In this document: piece after piece, positions 39,500 through 50,281 of the stretch
How the letters are laid out: every line of letters begins with the position of its first letter
Position numbering within the stretch: the first letter of the stretch is position 1
NCBI GenBank assembly: GCA_965248445.1
Contig: CBDFJG010000003.1
Span: 928,001 to 992,000, forward strand
Reading direction: 5' to 3'
DNA: 64,000 nt
DNA from: Planctomycetota bacterium
Lineage (GTDB): Bacteria; Planctomycetota; JAJSAM01; JAJVHW01
Notes under the pieces: generated by a model
Databases searched by the model: none
Seen by the model: the letters and a program-made list of their open reading frames with translations, nothing else
Told to the model about the DNA's origin: nothing
Translations under genes and position numbers: made by a program

Positions 39500-40429
39500 A
39501 TGCTTCGCGCGCGCGAGAGGTTGCTGTCTCTTGGCGTCGTGGGTGGAAGCAAGTGGCTGCTGATCGCGGTGCTGGCCGTCGGAACGGTCGCGGTCTCGAC
39601 GGCGGCGCCGCTGATCGAGCTCTCGGGCATCCCAAAGCTGTCGATCGCGGCGTGGCGGACGCTCTTGTGCGGCGCGGTGTACGCCGTGTTCGCTGCGGTA
39701 CGGCGGGAGTCGCTGATGGCGGCGGCGCGAACCGGCGGTGTGCGGATGCTCGTCGCGGCCGCGCTGCTCGGCGCGCACTTCGCGCTGTGGATCAGTGCGT
39801 TCGATCACACGTCGTACGCCGCCGCCGTGCTGCTGCTCGTGACGCAGCCGATGTTCGGCGCGGTGCTCGGGCGCATGGTCTATCGCGAGACGCTGGGACC
39901 GCGGACGATCGCTGCTCTGCTCATCTCGGCGACGGGGCTGTACCTGCTCGTGCAGGAGGACTTCGGGGCGGGGCAAGACCTGTTCGGCGACGTGCTGGCG
40001 ATCGTGGGGAGCCTGGCGATCGCGCTCTACTACATCGCGGTGAAGCCTTTGCGCACCGCCCTCCCGTTCGTGCCGTTCATGGCTCTGACGTACGGCGCGG
40101 GCGGTGTCATGCTGGCAGGGCTGGCCCTCGCGACCGGTGATGCGATGGTGGGCTTCCCCGCGGTGGAGTGGGCCGTCATCGCCGCGCTCGCTCTCCTGCC
40201 GACCGTGGTCGGGCATGCGTGCTTCAATTGGGCTGTCCCGCGCGTACGGTTCTTCACTCTGAACCTGCTCATCGTGCTGGAGCCGGCCATCGCGCTGCTC
40301 TTGGGGGCGTGGCTGCTGCACGAGAGCGCGACGACGACCGAGTTGCTCGGCGGTGCGGTGCTCGCGGCGGCGGTGCTGGTCGGTGCGTGGCGGCGTCGGA
40401 CGCAGATCGACGGAGTGGAGGGTCCATGA
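39500..40429 (+). CDS. DMT/EamA family transporter
   Basis: About 10 hydrophobic segments; AHFALW, TQPMF, LEPAIA; start uncertain. Confidence 0.85.
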   Translation: MLRARERLLSLGVVGGSKWLLIAVLAVGTVAVSTAAPLIELSGIPKLSIAAWRTLLCGAVYAVFAAVRRESLMAAARTGGVRMLVAAALLGAHFALWISAFDHTSYAAAVLLLVTQPMFGAVLGRMVYRETLGPRTIAALLISATGLYLLVQEDFGAGQDLFGDVLAIVGSLAIALYYIAVKPLRTALPFVPFMALTYGAGGVMLAGLALATGDAMVGFPAVEWAVIAALALLPTVVGHACFNWAVPRVRFFTLNLLIVLEPAIALLLGAWLLHESATTTELLGGAVLAAAVLVGAWRRRTQIDGVEGP

Positions 40430-41274
40430 GCGACGGTGACACGCGCGCAGCGCTCGTGTCGGATCTCCGCGCAGATCTCCGAACGACGGCCGCGCGTCTG
40501 CGCCGTCTGCTCGAGCGGGAACGCGAAGCGGGACTCACGACTCTGGTCGGGACGGCGCCACCCGTCGTCGCCGCGCCGACGCCCGCGCCGACCTCTGCGC
40601 CGACCTCTGCGCCGCGCCCTGTCGCGCCACCGCGGGCCGTCGCAACGCCGCGGGTTGCGCCGAAGAAGCGCGCCTTCGTCCCCCGCGTCGGTCCCCTCGA
40701 CCTGCCGGCGGATGCTCTCGTGCCGTTCGGCACGCTCCCCGGCGAGGTATCGGGCTGCACCCGCTGCGCACTCGCGGAGACGCGCACCTGCACGGTCTTC
40801 GGCGAGGGTGCGGCGAACGCGGACCTCGTGTTCTGCGGTGAGGCCCCCGGCTACGAAGAGGACCAGAGCGGACGGCCGTTCGTCGGGCGAGCGGGTGAAC
40901 TGCTCACCGCGATGATCGTGGGCGGTCTCCGCCTGCGGCGCGAGGACGTCTTCATCCTGAACACCCTGAAGTGCCGTCCGCCGAACAACCGGACACCCGT
41001 CCCCGACGAGCTGGCCGCGTGCCGCCCCCACCTTTCGTCCCAGCTGGCCGTGCTGAAGCCCCGGGTCATCGTCGCGTTGGGCAACGCGGCGACGCGCTCG
41101 CTCCTGGGTGCCACCACCGGGATCACCCGGCTGCGCGGGCGAGTCCTCGACGCGTTCGGAGCCAAGGTGGTGCCGACCTACCACCCCGCGTATCTGCTCC
41201 GGAACCCCGCCGCGAAGCGCGAAGCCTGGGTCGACCTGCAGAAGGTCACGCGTCTCCTGGCCGAGAGTCAGTAG
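40426..41274 (+). CDS. Family 4 uracil-DNA glycosylase
   Basis: CTRC, GEAPG..ED..G.PFVG.AG, KCRPP.NRTP, TYHPAYLL. Confidence 0.93.
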   Translation: MSDGDTRAALVSDLRADLRTTAARLRRLLEREREAGLTTLVGTAPPVVAAPTPAPTSAPTSAPRPVAPPRAVATPRVAPKKRAFVPRVGPLDLPADALVPFGTLPGEVSGCTRCALAETRTCTVFGEGAANADLVFCGEAPGYEEDQSGRPFVGRAGELLTAMIVGGLRLRREDVFILNTLKCRPPNNRTPVPDELAACRPHLSSQLAVLKPRVIVALGNAATRSLLGATTGITRLRGRVLDAFGAKVVPTYHPAYLLRNPAAKREAWVDLQKVTRLLAESQ

Positions 41275-41408
41275 GGCGCGACCGCGCGGCTGCGGCCGTT
41301 CCGAGGGTACGATGATCGTGACGGGCGATTGATCGTGACGGACGGGCTCCCACGACGTCCGGGCAGGACTCTCGGGAACAATGGGTCCAAGACGGAGAGA
41401 ACCACGAG

Positions 41409-43850
41409 TTGCCGGTACCGAACCCTCTCTGGGGTATTCACGTTGCGCCGGGTGCGATCACCGGTGCGCTCGTGCTGCGCACTGACGACGGCCGATTCGA
41501 GCTGCTGTCGACGGTCGTCGAAGATGCCCCGCAGCTCGAGACGCCCCTCCTGGCCGCCGCGCTGCGATTCCTCGAGCGCAAGGACGTCCGCGGTCGCGCG
41601 GCGCACCTCGCCCTGCCGGACGACGAGGGCAGCTTCGTCGCCGTCGAGCTGACGCAGGAGGAGCAGTTCCTCGACGACCAGGAGCTCGTCCACGAGCTGT
41701 TCGAGCGAACCCCGTTCGAGCCGAGCGAGGGCACGCTCGTGTTCCGCCGCCGGGACGAGGGCGCCGGCCGCGACCTGCTGGTGGCCGCCATGCCGCGCGC
41801 GACGCTCACCCGGCGGGCGGAGACACTCGCGGGGCTGGACCGCGCGTACCACGGCGTCGGACTCACGGGGCCGGCATTCGCCCGCGGGGCCGCGGCGCTC
41901 GGACTCGTCGGCGAGCGGACGATGCTCGTGGACGTGCAACCGGACCTGACGATGGTCACGGCCGTCGCGAGCGGTGACATCCGCCGTTACGTGCTGCCCT
42001 GCGGCCGAGGAGGCCTGGCGCATGACGCGCAGCCGCTCGCGCGCGACCTCCTGCGCGTCGCGCGGTATCACGCAGATCAGGAACGCGGCGGTGCCAACGG
42101 CGGAGAGATCGACGAAGCAGACATCCCGGTCACGGTCTTCGTCGGTCCGGGAGCGTCGAAGGCCCGCGCGGCACTCGCTCCCCATCTGGGGGGGCGTCTG
42201 GCCACCAGCCTGTCGGGAGACGCCCGCGTCAGCCGCCGTGGCGGCACCGGGATCGACGCGGCGGAGGCAGGCGCGATCGCCGCCGCGGTCGGCGCGGCAC
42301 TCGAGGCACACGCGCCAGCCGCCGATCGGATGGCCCTCCGGCCCCCTCCGGACGACGTTCCCGAGTACACAGCACCCGGAGCAGGAAAGAAGTGGCTCGT
42401 CCTTGCAGCGGCGGGCGTGATCGCGGCGATCGCGATTGCCGCGACGCAGCTCGGCGGTGGCACGCAGGGCAACAACGGGAACGGGAACGGGAAGCAGACC
42501 CCGGTCGTGCGGAACGACAACGACGGCGGCAATGGCAGCGTGGTCGTGCCCGAGACCGGCCCCGAGGGCGACCCGGAGGCGGTGCGCGCGCTTCTCGATC
42601 AGGCGGCGGATCGGCGCGCTCTGGCCGGCGCGATCCTCGCTGCGCGGTCCCTCACGGCCGCCGCGCCTCCGGGTAGCGTCCAGTCCATCCGGGTCGAGCG
42701 CGCGCGTGTGGGTGACGGCTACCGGCTCACCGTCACGATGCAGGGAGTGGACGACGAGGCGAGTCGTGGCCTCGCCAACGCATTCAGCGACCTCACCCTC
42801 CGTTCGGACACGGAGGGCACACTGACCGCTCGAGGCCTGATCGAGACCGGACGCGCGGACGACGCCGCGCTCGTCGGGGCCTGGCTCCCGGCGGCGCACA
42901 CCGTGCATCCAGCGCTCACGGATCTCTGGAAGGTGCGCGGCGGCACCACCACGGAAGAGAGTCTGATCGACCTGACACTCCCGCACGCGGACTCCGGTCC
43001 GGCCGTCGGCGAGGCCCTGGTGGCGGCGGCCCCGCCGCGCGCCCTCACCCTGGAGCGGGTGCCGGAGGGCGTTCGCGCCCGCGCCGAGATCGGCGTGCCC
43101 GTCGAGTGGCCGACACTCCTCACCCGCGGCGCCTCGGCGTTCCTCGCGGAGGTCGAGAGTGAGATCGAGGGGACGCTCGGGACCCTCGGCGAAGGGCCGC
43201 TCCTCGGAGCCGGCCCGTCCGCCCCGACGGTGGCGCCCGAAGTGCTCGCAGCGGCAGCCTGCGCCGTGCGCCTGCGCCTGCCCACGGGTTCCGGAACGCT
43301 CCTGCTCGAGCGGGCCGGGCCGGACGAGACGCGCTTCTCGGCCGTGGCCGAGGGCCCGGCCGGGAGCGAACTCGTGGATCACGTCCCGGGGGCGTCGGGG
43401 ACCTATCGCTACAGGGCGCGCGCGACCGGCGGTCAGGCCGGGCCCGAGAGCACGGCAGACGTGGTGATTCCGGTCGAGGTCGTGCTCGTGGCCGCCGACC
43501 CGGATGCGGGGCGCGCGTGGCTGCGTCTGTCCCGCCCATGGCGGGGCGCCGTCGTGACATCCGAGATCGACGTCACGGCGGGCGATTCGGTGGCCGGCAC
43601 GACTGCCCGCGACGGGCTTGAACTGAGTCTGACGACGGTCTTCACGATCGTCTCGGTCGAGACGGTGCTCTCCGAGGAGGGCGTGACCGTCCAGGTGCCC
43701 GGGTTCAACCCCGACGGAAGGGTCCTCCGCGGCCCGGACGGGCGCCCCGTCACGCACGCGACCCAGTGGGCCCGCACCGTGCCCGTTCCGACCGTCCGCG
43801 CGGTCGATGCCGGAGGCCGGACGGCAGTCTGGTCGACACTGGAAAAATGA
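41409..43850 (+). CDS. Divergent PilM-like actin-fold domain fused to TM and periplasmic PilN-like/FN3-like region
   Basis: N-terminal WGIHV, E...RTPF, LLVAAM, MLVDV resemble a degenerate PilM; single TM (KWLVLAAAGVIAAIAIA); GTYRYRARA FN3-like strand. TTG start uncertain. Confidence 0.5.
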   Translation: MPVPNPLWGIHVAPGAITGALVLRTDDGRFELLSTVVEDAPQLETPLLAAALRFLERKDVRGRAAHLALPDDEGSFVAVELTQEEQFLDDQELVHELFERTPFEPSEGTLVFRRRDEGAGRDLLVAAMPRATLTRRAETLAGLDRAYHGVGLTGPAFARGAAALGLVGERTMLVDVQPDLTMVTAVASGDIRRYVLPCGRGGLAHDAQPLARDLLRVARYHADQERGGANGGEIDEADIPVTVFVGPGASKARAALAPHLGGRLATSLSGDARVSRRGGTGIDAAEAGAIAAAVGAALEAHAPAADRMALRPPPDDVPEYTAPGAGKKWLVLAAAGVIAAIAIAATQLGGGTQGNNGNGNGKQTPVVRNDNDGGNGSVVVPETGPEGDPEAVRALLDQAADRRALAGAILAARSLTAAAPPGSVQSIRVERARVGDGYRLTVTMQGVDDEASRGLANAFSDLTLRSDTEGTLTARGLIETGRADDAALVGAWLPAAHTVHPALTDLWKVRGGTTTEESLIDLTLPHADSGPAVGEALVAAAPPRALTLERVPEGVRARAEIGVPVEWPTLLTRGASAFLAEVESEIEGTLGTLGEGPLLGAGPSAPTVAPEVLAAAACAVRLRLPTGSGTLLLERAGPDETRFSAVAEGPAGSELVDHVPGASGTYRYRARATGGQAGPESTADVVIPVEVVLVAADPDAGRAWLRLSRPWRGAVVTSEIDVTAGDSVAGTTARDGLELSLTTVFTIVSVETVLSEEGVTVQVPGFNPDGRVLRGPDGRPVTHATQWARTVPVPTVRAVDAGGRTAVWSTLEK

Positions 43851-44005
43851 CACGCAGGTGACGGGCGGCATCTAGTACAACCCCCGTCCGAGGAAGACGG
43901 TGCGGCAACGCCGTGGGCTGGGGTCTTGGTGCGTCGGGAAGGCGCGCAGGCCAGGCTCGTTGGGTGGCGTGGTCGCTACACACCCCGAAAGGGAGGGGAC
44001 TGGGA

Positions 44006-46666
44006 ATGAAGACGTCCCGTGTCTATGGAGCACGAGTGATGACGGCGGTCGCCATGGCCGGCGCACTGCTCGCGCTCGGAGCGTGCCAGAGCGGTGAGTT
44101 CAGGTTGCCCGGGAGTTCGGGCGACGCGCCCGACGCGCCGGCGGCCAGTTCGGGTGGATCGACGACTGTCGTTTCCGCAGATCCGACGGGCGCCAGCATG
44201 GATCCACTTCCTGGCGCCGCTGCCGGGAGCATGGACGAGTTGCGTCGCAACAAGTCCGTGCGTGATCAGGCGCGCGCCACGCTGGTGGGTCAGTACACGA
44301 AGCTCGGCGACGAGGCATTTGCCGCGTCCGACTTCGAGGCGGCCAAGAAGGCGTACGCCAACGTGCTGGATCTCGATCCGACGAACATCCACGCGAAGGA
44401 GCGCATCCAGCAGACGGGTGCACTCCTCGGCGAACGGGGCTTCACCGAGGGCGCCGCTCTCGGCATGGCCGCGAACAGTCGTCGCGTCCGCGCGGAACAG
44501 GCCAAGGCCGAGGTGGGCAGTCTCGTCCGCCGGGCGCAGGCCAAGGAGACCGCGGGTGAGGCCGAGGGCGCCGTGGCGCTCTACGAGAAGGCGCTGGTCA
44601 TCACGCAGATGTATCCCGGCACGGTGGACTTCGATCCGACCGAGGCGGGACTCAAGGCGATGATGGGAGCCGCGCGCGGTCGCGCGGACGTTGCCGCCGA
44701 CAGTCGCCGCAAGACGCAGCTCGACGAAGCGCGCCAGGCCGCACGCATCGAAGCGATGCGCGAGCGCCAGGCACGCGAGGCCCGCGCGGACGAACTGCTC
44801 CGTCAGGCCAACGTCGCCATGGAGCGCGAGCGCTACCAGCTCGCCGAGAACCTCGCCAACGAGATCCTCGCGATCGACAGCCGCAACGCACCTGCGAAGC
44901 GGCTGCGCGAGATCGCCAAGGACGCGCGTTTCGCGAAGTCCGACGACGACCTGCAGGCCCGTCTCCTCGAAGAGTGGAAGTACGTCTTCGCCGATCTACG
45001 CGATGCGTACACCCCGCAGGTTGCCGACTACACCTTCCCCGACTCCTGGGCCGATCTGCAGGCCCTGCGCGCTCCGCCGCGCCTGTCGCAGTCCGGCATG
45101 CTCACGGACGATCCGAAGACGCGTGAGATCAAGAACTCGCTCGACGTCCGCAAGACGACCGTGCTGTTCCAGGAGACGAGCATCGACGACGCGGTCGAGT
45201 ACCTCTCCCGCGTCTCGAACACCAACATCGTCGTCCTCCCGAGTGCCCGCGAAGGCCGTTCGGACGACGAACTCGCCATCGACCTGAAGCTCGACACCGA
45301 AGAGACGGTTGCGGGCATCCTCGACCTGCTCACGCGCCTCAAGGGGCTCGCATGGAACGTGCAGGACGGCGTCGTGCAGATCACGACTCCGGAAGAGGCG
45401 CTCGGCGCGCACATCGTGCAGCTGTACGACGTGAAGGACCTGGCGACACCGATCAACAACTTCCCGAGTGAGGAGATCAACCTCGACCCGACCGGTGAGG
45501 CTGTCTTCGAAGAGGACATCCCCGAGCCGGTCCCGGAGTTCCTCCTCGATCGCATCCAGGGACTCATCACGCAGAACGTCGACCCGACCGTCTGGGAAGA
45601 GGGCGGTTCGGTGGAGGGCCTCGAGCCCGGCACGCTGGTCGTCAAGGCGCCCCCGTCCACGCACGGCAAGATCCAGGACCTCCTGGACGGCCTGCGCGGA
45701 GCCGGTGGACTGCAGGTGGCGATCGAGACGCGCTTCGTCACGGTTGAAGACAACTTCCTGCAGGAGGTCGGCGTCGATCTCCGCGGACTCGGTGACGGCA
45801 CCGGCGGCATCGGCGTCCCGGGGCAGGGCGGCATCGCCGGCCCGGCCGGAATCACGATCCCGGTCACGTTCGACGACCTGTTCTTCGGGTCCGCCGGCAC
45901 GCCCGGCGGCATCGGCACCGCCAACGACCTCGGCATCTTCTACGACCTCAACAGCGACGGCGACATCCGCGCCCGTTTTGAGAACCTGTTCGACACGGTT
46001 CTCGGCAAGCAGGGCGTGCTGACAACTCTGGGCGGCCTGTCGTTCCAGGGCACTCTGATCGACGACACGCAGTTGGAGGTCATCCTCCGCGCGGTCGAGA
46101 AGAGTGACCGCTCGACGGTCGTCATAGCGCCGCGCCTGACTGCCTACAACGGGCAGCGCGCCAACGTCACGGTGCTGAACCAGATCAGCTACATCTCGGA
46201 CTTCGACGTCGAGATTGCGCAGTTCTCGCAGATCGGTGACCCGATCGTGCAGACGCTGCGTGACGGCGTCATCCTGGACCTGCGCCCGACCGTCACGGCG
46301 GACCGGCGCTTCATCACGATGGAGCTGCGTCCGACGATCGCGCTGTTGCAGCGTCCGATCGCGACCTTCCAGACCACGCTGGCCAACGGCCCGCCGGTCA
46401 CGATCCAGTTGCCCGAGCTGCGCATCCAGCGCGTCCGCACCACGGTCACCATGCCGGACGGCGGCACGCTTCTGCTCGGCGGATTGAAGTTCTTCGAAGA
46501 GCGTCGCTTGGACTCCACCGTCCCGTGGCTGGACAAGATCCCGGTCATCTCTTTCTTCTTCTCGCGCCGTGGCACCTACCTCGAGAAGCGCAACCTGCTC
46601 GTGCTCATCCGCGCGCGCATCCTGCGACCCGAGGAGAACGAGCCGGGAACGGCATACGGCCGTTAA
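44006..46666 (+). CDS. Lipoprotein secretin-like protein A (TPR + STN/N3 + secretin domain)
   Basis: Lipobox LGAC; TPR helices; LYDVKDL; QVAIETRFV; APRLTAYNGQRA; PDGGTLLLGGL; VPWLDKIP. Confidence 0.85.
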   Translation: MKTSRVYGARVMTAVAMAGALLALGACQSGEFRLPGSSGDAPDAPAASSGGSTTVVSADPTGASMDPLPGAAAGSMDELRRNKSVRDQARATLVGQYTKLGDEAFAASDFEAAKKAYANVLDLDPTNIHAKERIQQTGALLGERGFTEGAALGMAANSRRVRAEQAKAEVGSLVRRAQAKETAGEAEGAVALYEKALVITQMYPGTVDFDPTEAGLKAMMGAARGRADVAADSRRKTQLDEARQAARIEAMRERQAREARADELLRQANVAMERERYQLAENLANEILAIDSRNAPAKRLREIAKDARFAKSDDDLQARLLEEWKYVFADLRDAYTPQVADYTFPDSWADLQALRAPPRLSQSGMLTDDPKTREIKNSLDVRKTTVLFQETSIDDAVEYLSRVSNTNIVVLPSAREGRSDDELAIDLKLDTEETVAGILDLLTRLKGLAWNVQDGVVQITTPEEALGAHIVQLYDVKDLATPINNFPSEEINLDPTGEAVFEEDIPEPVPEFLLDRIQGLITQNVDPTVWEEGGSVEGLEPGTLVVKAPPSTHGKIQDLLDGLRGAGGLQVAIETRFVTVEDNFLQEVGVDLRGLGDGTGGIGVPGQGGIAGPAGITIPVTFDDLFFGSAGTPGGIGTANDLGIFYDLNSDGDIRARFENLFDTVLGKQGVLTTLGGLSFQGTLIDDTQLEVILRAVEKSDRSTVVIAPRLTAYNGQRANVTVLNQISYISDFDVEIAQFSQIGDPIVQTLRDGVILDLRPTVTADRRFITMELRPTIALLQRPIATFQTTLANGPPVTIQLPELRIQRVRTTVTMPDGGTLLLGGLKFFEERRLDSTVPWLDKIPVISFFFSRRGTYLEKRNLLVLIRARILRPEENEPGTAYGR

Positions 46667-46690
46667 GACCGCCACTCACTTTGTTATCCC

Positions 46691-46718
46691 GCGGGGGAGG
46701 CCGACAGGCCTCCCCCGC
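46691..46718. terminator. Hairpin after secretin A
   Basis: GCGGGGGAGGCC-GACA-GGCCTCCCCCGC. Confidence 0.55.
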
Positions 46719-47258
46719 TCTGATTCTCGGGCGGGGCTGATTCAGTGCGAGTCGGGACTTCGGTGGGAGTCACGGCTCTGATTCCAGGTTGACCGTGTGG
46801 CAGGCCAGGATAGGCTCTCCGTTGCCTGGACGTCCCCGCGCGGGTGCCGAAACCCTGTTCTCAGGAAAGGCCCCAGCGCGATGAAGAACCCGCCCCGAAG
46901 CCAGTCCCAGTGCCCGTCTTTGGCGCCCCTACCGCAGGCCGCGCGGGGCTCCTCTCGGCACGCCGCCCCCGAAGCCCCCGCCGCAGCCTCGCCTGCCCCT
47001 GCCGGAGTGCGGACGAATGTTGCGCCCATACCCGCAGCGGCCTACGATCCGCGACTTGTACGTTGGGTAGTGGACCGGGTGGATTCCGGTAGCGGTCGTG
47101 GGGCCGCGCCAGCTGTGTGTTTGACTGGGCAAGACGGCCCGGAATCCGCTTCTCTCCACGGTTCGGAGCCGATCCCCAGTGGACCGCTCCACGTCACGGC
47201 TGCGGGCGCTTCGACCGCCCGGCGCCGCGAATCGGCGACCGTTCCGCACGAGGTGACC

Positions 47259-50252
47259 ATGACGACTCGTTCCCGCACTGTCAGGTATGCACGGGCGCTC
47301 GTGTCCACGCGTACGGTCCGAGCGGTGGTGGCGACGGCTGCGCTCGTTCTCGGGACGTGCTTCGCGCACGCGTCCGACGACGACTTCGACTTCGCGCAGG
47401 CGCTCGCGGCGCGCGGCTACGGCGACCTCGCCGAAGCGCAGTTCCGCAAGATCCTGAACGACCCGAGCCGCTCGGCCTCCGAGAAGGCCGAAGGCCAGTA
47501 CGGGCTCGCGCTGATCAAGTTCACCGCCGCACTGCGGGACGCCAACGTGGAGAACGACGCACGGCGCAAGGGGATGCCCATCGTCCTGGCGGCGTTCGAC
47601 GCCGCGGACAAGGAACTCACCCAGTTCCTGCAGCGCAACCCGACGCACTCGCGCGCGCTCGACGCGAAGCTCTCGAACGCAAAGGTGCAAACGGAGAAAG
47701 CCGACTACGTCAACCGCGCGATCGAGCGCGGCTGGCTGACACCTGACCTGGACGAGAGCAAGCTCAAGCAGCAGGTCGCCGCGGGATACGACCAGGCGAT
47801 CAAGCTGCTCAAGACGGTGCAGGACGACATCAAGATCCGCCTCGTGAAGCTCTCACCCAGCGACGACGGCTACGAAGAGACGTCGAACGAGCACGGCCTC
47901 GTATGGCTCTACAAGATCCAGGCGCTGTACGGGAAGGGCGCCGCGCTCCCCAAGGGCGACGCCTCCGGGATCGCCTCTCTGAACATGGTGCTCACCGAGG
48001 TCGAGAACTTCCTCTGGGACTACGAGGGCACCGTGCGCGGCCTCTGGGGCTTCTACTTCAGCGGCCTGGCGAACTGGAAGCTCGGCAACCCGAAAGACGC
48101 GATGAACGACATCACGTCTGCCGCCACGTCCGCGGACGAGAAGCAGGCAATCCCGGGATCGCTCTCGATCGTGATGATGTCGTTCCAGAAGGCCGCGGAG
48201 ATGGGTCCGGACCTCGCGGACTCGCACGGTCCTCAGTACCTCGAGCGCACCGCGAAGCTGTTCGACAAGCTGCCGCAGACCTGGCCTAGCTACCTCCAGA
48301 CCGCGTACGGCCAGCGCGCAGCGCTCGCCCACGCTAAGATCCTCGCGCTGCAAGGGCAGACGGCCGAGGCCATCGAACTCGTGCAGACCGTCATCCGCAA
48401 GGCGGACGAGCACGGCACCTTCGTCCAGAACGACGGCGGCCGCGTGCTCGGCGAGTTGCTCACGGGCGGCACGTCCGGCGCGGCGCTCGACCCGGCGCTG
48501 CTCGACCGGATCGCGAGCTCGAAGTTCGCCGGAGCCGATTACCGCGGAGCCGTCAAGGCCTACCAGGCCGTAGTGCAGGCCTCCCGCGGCGACAACGCGA
48601 TGATGGATGCGCACGGTTGGCGGGCTTGGGAGCGCATCGGTAACTCGTACGGCGCACTCGAGCGCTTCTACGAGGCGTATGTCGCGTTCGATCACCTGCA
48701 GATCGCCTATCGCGCCGACAACACGAACGAGGTTCTCGAGGGGATCACGAACACGACGGGTTTCTCTCGCGCACAGGTGATCGACCTGCTCGCACGCAAC
48801 GAGAAGGACGAGACCAAGAAGACCGCGCTCGTCGCGCACTCGAAGAAGCTGCTCGAGGAGTTCGCCTCGGACAACCCGAATAGCCCGAAGAACCAGGACG
48901 CCGCCAGCGGTGCGTTCTCTTCCAAGATGAAGGAGATGAAGCAGGCCGCCCGCGAAGGCGACATGCCCAAGGCACGCGCCCTCGCGAAGGAAGCGCGAGC
49001 GCTCGCCGGCAGCATCGCACCGGACAGCAAGACCTTCGACAGGGTCGGTGCCGACCTCGCGAGCATCCACTTGCACCTGAAGGAGTACGACCAGGGCATC
49101 AAGGAGTCGCAGAAGTGGCTCGACAAGGAGCGTCCCACGACGATCGACAGTGCGGTCCGTCGCGCGCGCCGCCAGGGCGCCGCGATCTCGCTGTCCACAC
49201 TCCTCGGCTGCTACTCCCGCCGTCCCGACTCACTCGAGGGCGAGGCCAAGAAGACCGCGTTCACCGAACTTCTTGCCGTCATCGACAAGCACGGCGCGCA
49301 GTACGCCGAGATCACGACACGCGGCAAGCGACAGATGGACACCTGGCGCATCGAGGCTTTGAACGAGCTCGGTCAGGTCGACCAGGCCGATGAACTTCTC
49401 GGCAACCTGCTCGAGGCGGACGCCAACCTCCGCAACGGTCCGTTCCTCGCTCTGCTCGTCGCCAGGGCGCGCGAGCGCGAAGGTGCGGAGTGGGAAGCCA
49501 AGACCGACATGCAGCGTGCGCGCGTGAAGTACCGCCGCGCAGCGCAGCTTTACGAGTACGCCGCCACCAAGGGCGCGGAGTTCCAGGGCCGCGTCCCCAG
49601 TCCGGGCTCGTTCCGTTCCATCGCCAAGAAGTGGATCAGGGCGGGCGAGCTCGACAAGGGCGAGGAACTTCTGAAGAAGGCTCTCGAAGCATACGAGGCC
49701 GCCGGCGAGCAGGAGAGTGCCGACGCGGTGCGCATCGAGCTGATCGGCCTGTTCATCGACCGAGGCAAGTACGACGAGGCGATCGGCCCGCTGGAATCGC
49801 GTCTGGTCGAGGACGAAACAAGCCGCACGGCGGTCTTGACGAAGCTCGGCGAAGCAACCGGGAAACTGACGAACGCCGACATCGAGGAACTGCAGACCAA
49901 GCACCTGATGTCGAAGCAGAAGGGCGTGATCGACCAGCTGTCGCGCGCGTACTTCGAGGCGGCCCGTGAGGACTTCGAACTGATCCGCGCGATCAACCTC
50001 GTGAACCTGTTGCAGTTCGCGACGAGGAAGGACGACCAGCACAACGAGCGGTGGATCGAGTGGAAGCTGCGCGAGGTCAAGGCGTACTACAAGTTCGGCG
50101 AGAACCACGGCGCACCGGACGCCTTCAAGACGTGCGCCAAGATCATCCAGAACTTGGTCACACTGGGCATGCTGGAGCAGTACGACAAGACGGTGCCCGG
50201 ATCGAAGGCGCAGTTCGAAGCGATCCTGAGAGACGCAAAGGCCAAGTCCTGA
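47259..50252 (+). CDS. Large secreted TPR/alpha-solenoid protein
   Basis: GAGG RBS, signal peptide (AHA-SDD), DFAQALAARGYGDLA, repeated TPR-like helices. Confidence 0.8.
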   Translation: MTTRSRTVRYARALVSTRTVRAVVATAALVLGTCFAHASDDDFDFAQALAARGYGDLAEAQFRKILNDPSRSASEKAEGQYGLALIKFTAALRDANVENDARRKGMPIVLAAFDAADKELTQFLQRNPTHSRALDAKLSNAKVQTEKADYVNRAIERGWLTPDLDESKLKQQVAAGYDQAIKLLKTVQDDIKIRLVKLSPSDDGYEETSNEHGLVWLYKIQALYGKGAALPKGDASGIASLNMVLTEVENFLWDYEGTVRGLWGFYFSGLANWKLGNPKDAMNDITSAATSADEKQAIPGSLSIVMMSFQKAAEMGPDLADSHGPQYLERTAKLFDKLPQTWPSYLQTAYGQRAALAHAKILALQGQTAEAIELVQTVIRKADEHGTFVQNDGGRVLGELLTGGTSGAALDPALLDRIASSKFAGADYRGAVKAYQAVVQASRGDNAMMDAHGWRAWERIGNSYGALERFYEAYVAFDHLQIAYRADNTNEVLEGITNTTGFSRAQVIDLLARNEKDETKKTALVAHSKKLLEEFASDNPNSPKNQDAASGAFSSKMKEMKQAAREGDMPKARALAKEARALAGSIAPDSKTFDRVGADLASIHLHLKEYDQGIKESQKWLDKERPTTIDSAVRRARRQGAAISLSTLLGCYSRRPDSLEGEAKKTAFTELLAVIDKHGAQYAEITTRGKRQMDTWRIEALNELGQVDQADELLGNLLEADANLRNGPFLALLVARAREREGAEWEAKTDMQRARVKYRRAAQLYEYAATKGAEFQGRVPSPGSFRSIAKKWIRAGELDKGEELLKKALEAYEAAGEQESADAVRIELIGLFIDRGKYDEAIGPLESRLVEDETSRTAVLTKLGEATGKLTNADIEELQTKHLMSKQKGVIDQLSRAYFEAAREDFELIRAINLVNLLQFATRKDDQHNERWIEWKLREVKAYYKFGENHGAPDAFKTCAKIIQNLVTLGMLEQYDKTVPGSKAQFEAILRDAKAKS

Positions 50253-50281
50253 TGCGAAGAGACGGGTCCGGAGGAGACGCG

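Noticed and set aside
43850..44005. Possible sigma-54 promoter (TGGCGT-N5-CTAC) before secretin A
   Set aside because: The -12 element lacks the conserved GC.
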